A DNA stretch of 64,000 nucleotides from contig DATBBR010000070.1 in assembly GCA_036270875.1 (NCBI GenBank), positions 5,002 through 69,001 on the forward strand, in the 5' to 3' direction. The DNA is from Acidimicrobiales bacterium. GTDB lineage: Bacteria > Actinomycetota > Acidimicrobiia > Acidimicrobiales > AC-9. The position numbers and the translations under genes were made by a program. The notes beneath the pieces are model-generated. The model saw only the letters and a list, made by a program, of their open reading frames with translations. It did not search any database and was not told the DNA's origin. This document shows, piece by piece, positions 26,488 to 34,158 of the stretch (positions within the stretch are counted from its first letter, which is position 1; each line of letters starts with the position of its first letter).

Positions 26488-27161
26488 GGCGCTTCCTCCT
26501 TCTCGTCGCGCCGTTCTCCAGGACCGGCGGTGTCAGGTGGGCGGGGCACGAAGAGCCGGCTGATCGCCTTGAGCGCGTCGATCATCTGCTGCTGGTGCAG
26601 CTCGTCGCCGACGACCATTCGCTGCAGGGCGAGACCCTCCATGAGCGTGCTGGCGAAGGCCTGACCGACCTCGTAGAAGCCGGGATCGACGCCGTGCTCG
26701 GGCGGGAACAGCTCGAGGAAGACGGCCCGGCTCTCCTCCATGAACGTGTTGTCCATCTCCAGCACCTGGCGGCGCAGATCCGGGTCGGTTCGAGCGGCGA
26801 CCCACAGTTCGACCCAGGCCACGAACGTGGGACCTCGGAACATCGACCACAGCAGATCGATGGCCACGTCGAGGCGGTCGGCACCTGGCTCGGCCTGGGC
26901 GAAGCCCTTCCGGAACTCCGTGGTCCGGCGCTCGCACAAGTGGTACACGGCGGCCGTGAGCAGCTCGGCCTTGGTCGGGAAGTGGTGCAGCTGGGCACCC
27001 CGTGAGATCCCTGCCCGCCTGGCCACCTCCACCGTCGTCGTCGCCCCGTACCCCTGCTCGACCAGGCAGTCGACGGCGGCGTCGAGGAGGGCCGCGCGTG
27101 TGGCCACCCCGCGCTCCTGGGTTCGCCGTTGACGGACACCGTCCGTGTCTTCCCCAGCCAC
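26484..27161 (-). CDS. TetR/AcrR-family transcriptional regulator
   Basis: HTH TRAALLDAAVDCLVEQGYGATTTVEVARRAGISRGAQLHHFPTK. The track start (TTG 27185) is followed by the rare codons AGA AGA and lies inside the palindrome, so GTG 27161 is preferred. Confidence 0.85.
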   Translation of the reverse strand: MAGEDTDGVRQRRTQERGVATRAALLDAAVDCLVEQGYGATTTVEVARRAGISRGAQLHHFPTKAELLTAAVYHLCERRTTEFRKGFAQAEPGADRLDVAIDLLWSMFRGPTFVAWVELWVAARTDPDLRRQVLEMDNTFMEESRAVFLELFPPEHGVDPGFYEVGQAFASTLMEGLALQRMVVGDELHQQQMIDALKAISRLFVPRPPDTAGPGERRDEKEEAP

Positions 27162-27182
27162 GGCGCATCTTCTAGCAGGGGT

Positions 27183-27212
27183 CAAACCAATCAGTCAAGA
27201 CTGATTGGTTTG
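27183..27212. promoter_or_regulatory. perfect 30-bp palindrome (14-bp arms, 2-bp spacer), candidate TetR operator
   Basis: CAAACCAATCAGTC-AA-GACTGATTGGTTTG. All 14 pairs were verified base by base. It lies about 22 nt upstream of the preferred TetR start. Confidence 0.6.
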
Positions 27213-27257
27213 GCGGGCGCTCCTAGGACCGCCTCACAACTCTGTCAAGACGGCGCG

Positions 27258-27464
27258 CTAGTCGTCCGGTCCGGTCTTGGGGTCTCGCCGAAAATCGACG
27301 CCGGCCAGGAGCTCGGCGGTCTCACGGGACCGCCGGCGTCGGGCCCGCATGATCAGCAGGGCGATACCAGGATGACCGGCTGGGACGGGCGAGATCGGCT
27401 CGGAAGGGCGCTCCGAGGTCGGCTGCTCCGACGTCGACGGCGGTGCCCCGTGGGCATCCGGCAT
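27258..27464 (-). CDS. hypothetical small protein (68 aa)
   Basis: The ATG is preceded by AAGGAG at 12 nt. Third-position GC is high. No family recognised, and it could be non-coding. Confidence 0.3.
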   Translation of the reverse strand: MPDAHGAPPSTSEQPTSERPSEPISPVPAGHPGIALLIMRARRRRSRETAELLAGVDFRRDPKTGPDD

Positions 27465-27620
27465 GTGAAGAATATTCTCCTTCGCTCACCCTTCTTCCTA
27501 CCCGCGACAGAATGGCGGCAATCAACGGTCGGTTGGCACCGGTCTTCACGACCATCCTCGCCTTCACGCCCCAAATAACGCAGAATGGTCGGGCGCTGAG
27601 GGCCTACGAAGGAGGCGAGC

Positions 27621-28106
27621 ATGAACCGCAGAGACCTCGTGCGAGCGGTAGCGAACGAGACCGGCCAGGATGCGAAGGCCATCGACTCCGCCCTACGGGG
27701 CTTTACTGACGTGGTGACGGCCGCGGTGTCCAAGGGGGAGCAGGTGGCGATCTCCGGGTTCGCCAAGTTCGCCAAGGTGGAGCGGGCAGCCCGTATGGGC
27801 CGCAACCCCGCGACCGGGGAGCAGATCCGAATCAAGGCGTCGAAGCGGGCCCGCATCACCGCGCTCAAGGGCTTCAAGGAGGCGGTCCTCAACCCCTCCC
27901 AGGCGCCCAAGCTGGGGCGTGGCGTGCTCGATGGGACGGCCGGCCCCGCCAAGAAGTCGACCGCCAAGAAGTCGACCGCCAAGAAGTCGACGGCCAAGAA
28001 GTCGACCGGCAAGAAAGCCACGGCCAAGAAGTCGACCGCCAAGCGACCAGCGGCGAAGAAGACGGTCAAGAAGAAGGCTGCGGCGAAGAAGACCGCCAGG
28101 CGTTGA
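27621..28106 (+). CDS. hup: HU-family nucleoid protein with a lysine/alanine-rich histone-H1-like C-terminal tail
   Basis: HU fold: MNRRDLVRAVANETG ... VAISGFAKFAKVERAARMGRNPATGEQIRIKASKRARITA. Tail: (AKKST)n ... KKTVKKKAAAKKTARR. GAAGGAGG lies 6 nt upstream of the ATG. Confidence 0.95.
   Translation: MNRRDLVRAVANETGQDAKAIDSALRGFTDVVTAAVSKGEQVAISGFAKFAKVERAARMGRNPATGEQIRIKASKRARITALKGFKEAVLNPSQAPKLGRGVLDGTAGPAKKSTAKKSTAKKSTAKKSTGKKATAKKSTAKRPAAKKTVKKKAAAKKTARR
27948..28037. repeat. 15-nt tandem repeat (GCCAAGAAGTCGACC, about 6 copies) encoding the AKKST tail of HU
   Basis: Read directly from the sequence. The copies are near-identical with 1-4 substitutions. Confidence 0.9.
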
Positions 28107-28284
28107 ACCGCCTCCGGCCTCAGCGCGATCAACCGCTCCTAGTCGTCGGGAACTGAGTTAGTCGTCGGCCAGCTCGCTGTGCGGGCTGACTGTCCACTGT
28201 CTTGGCCTACGATCTCCCCGTCGATCAAGCGTCACCAGCGCCGGCCCGCCCGCCTGCGCTGAGTCGAGGAGGAGCAACGCGATC

Positions 28285-29166
28285 GTGCTGAGCTATCTTC
28301 AGGCCGTCATCCTGGGCCTTCTGCAGGGGATCACCGAGCTGTTCCCGATCTCCAGCCTGGGCCACACGGTGATCTTCCCGGCGCTGTTCGGCTGGCACGG
28401 TGTGGTCCAGGCCCAGTCGGCCAAGGAGTCGTTCTATCTGGCCTTCCTGGTCGGCATGCACGTGGCTACCGCCCTGGCCCTGCTGATCTATTTCCGGGAC
28501 CAGTGGTACCGGATCATCAGGGGGTTCTTCGTCACCCTTCGCACGCGCCGCATCGAGACGGCGGACGAGCGCCTGGCGTGGCTCCTGATCGTGGCCAGCA
28601 TCCCGGCCGGGCTCGTGGGTCTCGTCTTCGAGCACGTGTTCCGTACCGTCTTCGCCAAGCCGCTCGCCGCCGCCGCCTTCCTCATGGTCAACGGACTGAT
28701 CTTGTTCAGCGGCGACGCGGCCCGGCGACGGGCCGAGGCGAGACAGCCCGCGGGCGCGCCGGGTGCGGCGAGGGCCGCCGCCCGGAGGCTGGACAGCCTC
28801 GACTTCCGGGAGTCCGGCGTGATCGGCGTCGCCCAGGTCTTCGCGCTGTTCGCCGGGATCAGCCGTTCGGGTATCACCATGGTCGCCGGCCTCTTCCGCG
28901 GCCTCGACTACGAGGACGCGGCTCGCTTCTCGTTCCTGCTCGCGACTCCGATCATCCTGGCGGCCGGGATCTACAAGCTCCCGGACCTCCTGGGCCACAA
29001 CGGCGACGGTGTGCGTAGCCAGATCCTGGTCGGCAGCGTCGTCGCCGGCGTGGCCGCCTACCTGGCCGTGCGGTTCCTCATGCGGTACTTCGAGACCAAC
29101 AAGCTGTGGCCGTTCGCCGTCTACTGCCTCCTCTTCGGCGGCGCGATGGTCATCCGTTTCCACTGA
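28285..29166 (+). CDS. uppP: undecaprenyl-diphosphate phosphatase
   Basis: AVILGLLQGITELFPISSLGH ... SRSGITMVAGLFRGL are BacA/UppP signatures. GAGGAGGAG lies upstream of the GTG at 28285. Confidence 0.95.
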   Translation: MLSYLQAVILGLLQGITELFPISSLGHTVIFPALFGWHGVVQAQSAKESFYLAFLVGMHVATALALLIYFRDQWYRIIRGFFVTLRTRRIETADERLAWLLIVASIPAGLVGLVFEHVFRTVFAKPLAAAAFLMVNGLILFSGDAARRRAEARQPAGAPGAARAAARRLDSLDFRESGVIGVAQVFALFAGISRSGITMVAGLFRGLDYEDAARFSFLLATPIILAAGIYKLPDLLGHNGDGVRSQILVGSVVAGVAAYLAVRFLMRYFETNKLWPFAVYCLLFGGAMVIRFH

Positions 29167-29200
29167 CGGTGGCAGCTGCCGGAGGCTGACGGCCGGCGAC

Positions 29201-29908
29201 TCAGTGGAACCGCAGGATCGGCCAGCCCGATGCACGGGCCGCGCTCCGCAACTCGCGGTCCGGATTGACGGCGACGGGGCGACGGCAGGAGCGGAGCAGC
29301 ACGAGGTCGGAGGCGGAGTCGGAGTAGGCCGCGGCGTCGGTCAGCGGCACGGGTCCGACCTCCTGGGCAAGACGGTCGAGCTTTCCTCGGCCCTGGCAGA
29401 ACGGCCCCGCCAGCCGCCCCGTGTAGCACCCGTCGACGACCTCGGCCACGGTGCCGACTCCCCGATGCGCACCGAGAAGGGCGCTCACAGCCGTCACCAG
29501 CTCGTGGGGGCTGGCGGACAGGACCACGCAGAAGTCACCGCGCTCGAGGTGCTGCTCGAGCAGCCAGCGGGCGCCGGAGTAGACGTCGGAGGCGACGTCG
29601 CTCGCCACCTCCATGACGGCTGAGAGCAGCGGGGCCTGCGGGGTACCCGAGAAAGCCCCGAGCATGCTGTCCCGCAGGCGCTCCACCTTGGACTCGCTGG
29701 CCCCGCAGCGCCGGAACACCAGGTTGCGAGCCATGTGGGTGGGCAGGGTCCAGGGGCTCACCAGCCCTCGTCGGGCCAGGGCCCGGCCGAGATGGACGAG
29801 GCTCGAACCGGGTATCAGCGTCCGGTCGAGGTCGAAGATGGCGAGGGTGCTGGAGGGCGCCGTGGTGAGACCCGGCCGGCTTCGCTCGAGGGCCGCCAGT
29901 GCCGCCAT
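29201..29908 (-). CDS. HAD-IB family hydrolase (SerB-like phosphatase)
   Basis: Motif I AIFDLDRTLI and motif IV AYSDSASDLVLL. Confidence 0.85.
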   Translation of the reverse strand: MAALAALERSRPGLTTAPSSTLAIFDLDRTLIPGSSLVHLGRALARRGLVSPWTLPTHMARNLVFRRCGASESKVERLRDSMLGAFSGTPQAPLLSAVMEVASDVASDVYSGARWLLEQHLERGDFCVVLSASPHELVTAVSALLGAHRGVGTVAEVVDGCYTGRLAGPFCQGRGKLDRLAQEVGPVPLTDAAAYSDSASDLVLLRSCRRPVAVNPDRELRSAARASGWPILRFH

Positions 29909-30113
29909 GGCCCCAGTGTGCGATGGGCCTCTTGCGCCGCGATGAACGCGGTCGACAGGCCAGATGAACCGTCGGCGAACATTCCGCCTGCCGCGTCACG
30001 AACCACATCGCGCCGCGGCAACTGCGCCGCCCGACCATTCTTTGCCTCGCGTTCACCCGCACGCTCCGATATCGTCATAAACCGGTCACAGTCGGGCCGT
30101 AACGTCCCCCACC

Positions 30114-31664
30114 ATGCGCAAACTTTCGCACGTGGGGAAGCTCGGTATCGCTGCCATGACGCTGGCGACCACCGCCGTGATGACGGCAGTGGGCTCGGGC
30201 GCGATCGGGGCGGCCAGCCCGGGCGCGCCACCGCCCGACAGCTCCGCAGCCGCCACGACCACGCCAATCAAGCACCTGGTCGTCATCTTCCAAGAGAACA
30301 TCTCGTTCGACCACTACTTCGGCACCTATCCTCACGCCACCAACCCGGCGGGTGAGCCGTCGTTCACGGCCAGCCACGACACACCGAGCGTCAACGGCCT
30401 GACCCCGTCCCTGCTGACCGCCAACCCAAATCAGGCCAACCCCAACCGACTGGACCGCAGCCAGGCGATCACCTGCGACCAGAACCACGACTACACGTCC
30501 GAGCAGCAGGCCTTCGACCACGGCCTGATGGACAAGTTCGTGCAGGACACAGGCGCGACGCCCCCATGCGATCCAAAGCAGGTCATGGACTACTACGACG
30601 GCAACACCGTCACGGCGCTCTGGAACTACGCGCAGCACTTCGCCATGAGCGACAACTCATTCTCGACCGGCTTCGGGCCGTCCACACCCGGCGCCCTCAA
30701 CCTCGTCTCCGGCCAGACCCACGGCGCCACACCCGCTGCCCTGCCGGGCGAGGTGGCCAACGGCACCGTCATCGGCGACCCCGACCCCACGGGAGACGAC
30801 TGCGGGGGGTCTACGGGAACGGCGAGCCTCACCGGCAACAACGTCGGCGACCTCCTCAACGCCAAGGGGGTCACGTGGGGCTGGTTCCAGGGGGGTTTCA
30901 AGCCCACCGGTCAGAGCAACGGCAAGGCGGTCTGCAACTCCGCCCACCCCAACGTCGGGGGCGTGAGCCAGCGGGACTACAGCGCTCACCACGAGCCCTT
31001 CCAGTACTACGCCCAGACGGCGAATCCGCACCACCTGCCCCCGACGTCGGTGGGCGCCATCGGGACGACCGACCAGGCGAAGCACCAGTACGACTTGTCA
31101 GACTTCTCGGCTTCGGCCGACAGCGGTCACCTGCCGGCGGTGAGCTTTCTCAAGGCCGCCAGGTACCAGGATGGCCACCCCGGGAACTCGGATCCGCTCG
31201 ACGAGCAGCACTTCCTGGTAGACACCATCAACCACCTCCAGAAGCTCGACAGTTGGAACTCGACGGCTGTGGTCGTGGCCTACGACGATTCGGATGGGTG
31301 GTACGACCACGTGATGGGACCCATCGTGAGCCAGTCCAACGATCCGAGCGCCGACGCCCTCACCGACCCGGGGATGTGTGGGACAGCCCAGCCCGGCGCC
31401 TACCAGGACCGCTGCGGCTACGGTCCCCGGCAGCCTCTCCTGACCATCTCGCCCTGGTCCAAGAGCAACTTCGTCGATCACTCGATCACCGACCAGACGT
31501 CGATCCTCCAGTTCGTCGAAGACAACTGGGGAACTGGTCGGATCGGCAACCAGTCGCTCGACGCCAAGGCCGGGAGCCTGACCAACCTCTTCGACTTCAC
31601 CGGGAATGCGGATGGGCGCCGGCTGACGCTCGATCCGACCACCGGGCAACCGACATCCGGCTAG
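30114..31664 (+). CDS. secreted phosphoesterase-family protein (AcpA / non-haemolytic phospholipase C family)
   Basis: N-terminal signal-like region, then IKHLVVIFQENISFDHYFGTYP and a later DDSDGWYDHV motif. Both are typical of the PF04185-type phosphoesterases I remember. Confidence 0.9.
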   Translation: MRKLSHVGKLGIAAMTLATTAVMTAVGSGAIGAASPGAPPPDSSAAATTTPIKHLVVIFQENISFDHYFGTYPHATNPAGEPSFTASHDTPSVNGLTPSLLTANPNQANPNRLDRSQAITCDQNHDYTSEQQAFDHGLMDKFVQDTGATPPCDPKQVMDYYDGNTVTALWNYAQHFAMSDNSFSTGFGPSTPGALNLVSGQTHGATPAALPGEVANGTVIGDPDPTGDDCGGSTGTASLTGNNVGDLLNAKGVTWGWFQGGFKPTGQSNGKAVCNSAHPNVGGVSQRDYSAHHEPFQYYAQTANPHHLPPTSVGAIGTTDQAKHQYDLSDFSASADSGHLPAVSFLKAARYQDGHPGNSDPLDEQHFLVDTINHLQKLDSWNSTAVVVAYDDSDGWYDHVMGPIVSQSNDPSADALTDPGMCGTAQPGAYQDRCGYGPRQPLLTISPWSKSNFVDHSITDQTSILQFVEDNWGTGRIGNQSLDAKAGSLTNLFDFTGNADGRRLTLDPTTGQPTSG

Positions 31665-31755
31665 TCGCACTAGGCCTCCGGGCGCCTTCGGCCGACGGTA
31701 GGATCTTCGCATCGATGAGATCCTGACGATTGCCTTCGGGATCGGACTGGCCGGT

Positions 31756-32169
31756 GTGGGCCTCGTCCGGCGGTGGCGCGGCGGTCGCTCGTCACTGGGC
31801 GCGACGGTGAACCGGCTCGGCACGGACGTCACGGTAGGTGTCGCCGGGGCCACGGAGGAGGCCGCCAAGCAGGCGGGCTCGCTTGCGGGAACGGCCGTCT
31901 CGGTCACGGGCTCGATCGTCGTGGGCGGCGCCAGCCTGATGGCCGACGGCGCCGTAACCCTCGCCAGTGTCGCTACAGGACACATCCTGAGCCGTCCGCC
32001 TTCGCCACGAGCGATGCCGGAGAAGGCAGCAGGCGAGAGAGGGCGTCCCGAGGCCGGCAATCCCAGTGGCGGCCAGCAAGCCAAACGCGCTCGCCCGAGC
32101 TCGACGCCGACATCCACCGGGCGGCGCTCGTCGACCACCAAGGCGCGCAAAGCTCCGAAGTCGTCATAG
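31756..32169 (+). CDS. hypothetical Gly/Ala/Val-rich protein (doubtful)
   Basis: The first ~70 codons have very high third-position GC, and the C-terminal half looks non-coding. A TM-like segment (ILTIAFGIGLAGVGLV) lies in frame upstream of the first canonical start (GTG 31756). Confidence 0.3.
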   Translation: MGLVRRWRGGRSSLGATVNRLGTDVTVGVAGATEEAAKQAGSLAGTAVSVTGSIVVGGASLMADGAVTLASVATGHILSRPPSPRAMPEKAAGERGRPEAGNPSGGQQAKRARPSSTPTSTGRRSSTTKARKAPKSS

Positions 32170-32213
32170 ACAGCGGCCAAGGGCGCCCCTGGCGAGCCCC
32201 CCGATAGCCTCGG

Positions 32214-34103
32214 GTGATGGCGGAGGAGACCCCGGCCGGGGAGGAAGCCGAACGCCAGGCCGGCGGCGGGCGCCTCGAGCAGATCTACCGAGAGTCGGAG
32301 CGCCTTCTGGCCAGGTGGCGCAGCCGATACCGCGGTCGCCCCGAGCGGGAGCGGCGCCGGCTCTGGCTCCTCGCCCTCGAGCGGGAGCAGCTGGTCGGTG
32401 TGGCCTACCGGGAGCGGGCGATCGCCCAGCGCGTCGCCCGAATGCCCCTCGATGCGGAGGTGCGCCATCTCGTGCGCCGGGCGCTCGTCTGGGTCTGGCA
32501 GGACGAGGAGATGCACGCCGCTTACGTGCGGGGGGTCCTCCTCCACCACGCCTCGGGGTGGATGCGAGGTTTGACCTACGGCGAGCAGCTCTACGGCGCC
32601 CTGTCCGGATGGGCCAGCGCCACGGACCAGCATCTCCACCTACGGGAGCGCCCGCTCGCGGTCGCCTTGGCGCGGACGTTGACCCTTGGGGGTTTGCTCA
32701 CGGGTCAGCTGAGCAGCGCCCTACGACAGGAGCTCGACTACGGGCCCTTCCGAAAGTTCTGCCGCCTCAACGTGGAGCTCGAGCGCAGCGCGGCGCTGTG
32801 CTGGGCCCGCATCGTCGAGCTGGCTGAGACCGAGGACGAGCGCGAGGCGGCCGAGCAGATCGCGGACGACGAGCGCAGGCACGGTCAGGTCTTCGCCCTG
32901 CTGGCAAGGGCCCTCGGTGACGACGACCGCCTCCGCCCGGGATGGACGAGGGATGTCGTCGTCGACGAGCTGCGGTCCGTCGGAGAGTGGTTCCTACCCG
33001 GGCGGGATCGAGCGGCGGCGGTCCGGCCCGGTCGCTTCGCCACCGGCGCGCCGGTGTTCGTCGAGCGGGGCAGCTCGTCCCCCGACAAGCGCGCCAGCCT
33101 CCGTCGGGTCCTCGACCGAGCGGGCCTGGCCGAGCTCATCACCTCGAAGGCCGCGGCTGGCCGGCCCCTCCGAGCCGCGGTGAAGACGGCCTTCATGCTC
33201 GGCTACGACCGCCACGACCGCTCGACGGTCGTCGACCCGATCCTGGTAGAGGAGCTCGCTCTCTACCTGGTCGACCACGGCGTCGCCGAGGTGGCGGTAC
33301 TGGAGGCGCCCACGCTCTACGACCGCTACTACGGGCACCGCTCGGTCGCCGAGGTGGCGCGCTACTTCGGCTTCGAGTCGCCCGCCTACCGCGTCGTCGA
33401 CTGCTCGCGGGACCAGGTCCCGTTCGCTTACCTGCGGGGGGCGGCCCAGTCGTGCATCAGCAGCACATGGCGCACCGCCGACGTGCGTCTCGTCCTCGCC
33501 AAGCTGCGCACCAACCCGTCGGAGCTCGGACACCTCTGCCTGTCGTCCCTCGAGGGGCTCGGCGAGCGCCAGGATCGCTACGTCTTCTCCGATCGCCAGC
33601 TCCACTACCGGATGGCCACCATGATGGTGATCGACGCCTACGCGCCGGATTTGGGCGTGGTCGACGCCTTCGAGGACGCCGCCCAGGGTCCCTTCGGCGT
33701 GATGGCCTGCCGCCACCCGGTGTCCCCCCGTCGTGTCTATGCCGGTGCCGACGCGCTGTCGGTCGACACCGTCGTGCTGCGGGACATGGGCGTGCCCGAT
33801 CCCCTCCTGTCACCGATGATCCGCATGGCCACCTACTGGTTCGACGCGCCGGAGGACGCTGCGACCGTGGTCGGTGGCGGCGGCCCGATCCCCGGCTTCC
33901 GCCACCCGTACCACAGCGGCATCTCGACCGCGCTGTCGACAGCCGCGTACCCCGTCTACGTCTACGGCAGCGGCGCCGGGCGGCTCTTCGTCCCCGCCAT
34001 GGACGAGGGCGCTTTTCCCCCCTTGGCCAAGACCGGGCCGGTCGTCGCCGCCGTCCGCGGAGCGGCCCAGCTGGCCTTCGGCCTGCGGCCGCCGGCCCGC
34101 TAG
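32214..34103 (+). CDS. fusion protein: N-terminal ferritin-like diiron four-helix-bundle domain + C-terminal DUF362 domain
   Basis: The N-terminal ~235 aa has ExxH pairs (WQDEEMHAAY at residues 98-101, IADDERRHGQVF at 220-223) preceded by Glu-bearing helices. From residue ~300 onward (AAVKTAFMLGYDRHDRSTVVDP ... VAVLEAPTLY ... VVDAFEDAAQGPFGVM) it resembles DUF362 as I remember it. Confidence 0.75.
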   Translation: MMAEETPAGEEAERQAGGGRLEQIYRESERLLARWRSRYRGRPERERRRLWLLALEREQLVGVAYRERAIAQRVARMPLDAEVRHLVRRALVWVWQDEEMHAAYVRGVLLHHASGWMRGLTYGEQLYGALSGWASATDQHLHLRERPLAVALARTLTLGGLLTGQLSSALRQELDYGPFRKFCRLNVELERSAALCWARIVELAETEDEREAAEQIADDERRHGQVFALLARALGDDDRLRPGWTRDVVVDELRSVGEWFLPGRDRAAAVRPGRFATGAPVFVERGSSSPDKRASLRRVLDRAGLAELITSKAAAGRPLRAAVKTAFMLGYDRHDRSTVVDPILVEELALYLVDHGVAEVAVLEAPTLYDRYYGHRSVAEVARYFGFESPAYRVVDCSRDQVPFAYLRGAAQSCISSTWRTADVRLVLAKLRTNPSELGHLCLSSLEGLGERQDRYVFSDRQLHYRMATMMVIDAYAPDLGVVDAFEDAAQGPFGVMACRHPVSPRRVYAGADALSVDTVVLRDMGVPDPLLSPMIRMATYWFDAPEDAATVVGGGGPIPGFRHPYHSGISTALSTAAYPVYVYGSGAGRLFVPAMDEGAFPPLAKTGPVVAAVRGAAQLAFGLRPPAR

Positions 34104-34158
34104 TCGGCGCTGCCCACCAATGCCCGCCTGCCGGGGCCAACTGCTAGACAGGTGACCG

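Noticed and set aside
27948-28037. Regularly spaced 15-nt direct repeats, considered as a possible CRISPR or minisatellite.
   Set aside because: The repeats are contiguous with no spacers, are in frame, and encode the Lys/Ala-rich tail typical of actinobacterial HU-like proteins. This is not a CRISPR array.
27353-28132. 259-aa minus-strand ORF with a striking FLAVD repeat.
   Set aside because: It is the reverse-complement reading of the AKKST lysine-rich repeat of the HU gene, so it is an artefact of the tandem DNA repeat.
27257-28168. The short motif TAGTCGTC(C)GG occurs three times, flanking the HU gene (near 27258, 28140 and 28159).
   Set aside because: Only 8-10 nt are shared, with no extended flanking similarity and no inverted-repeat or target-duplication structure. 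This is most likely coincidence.
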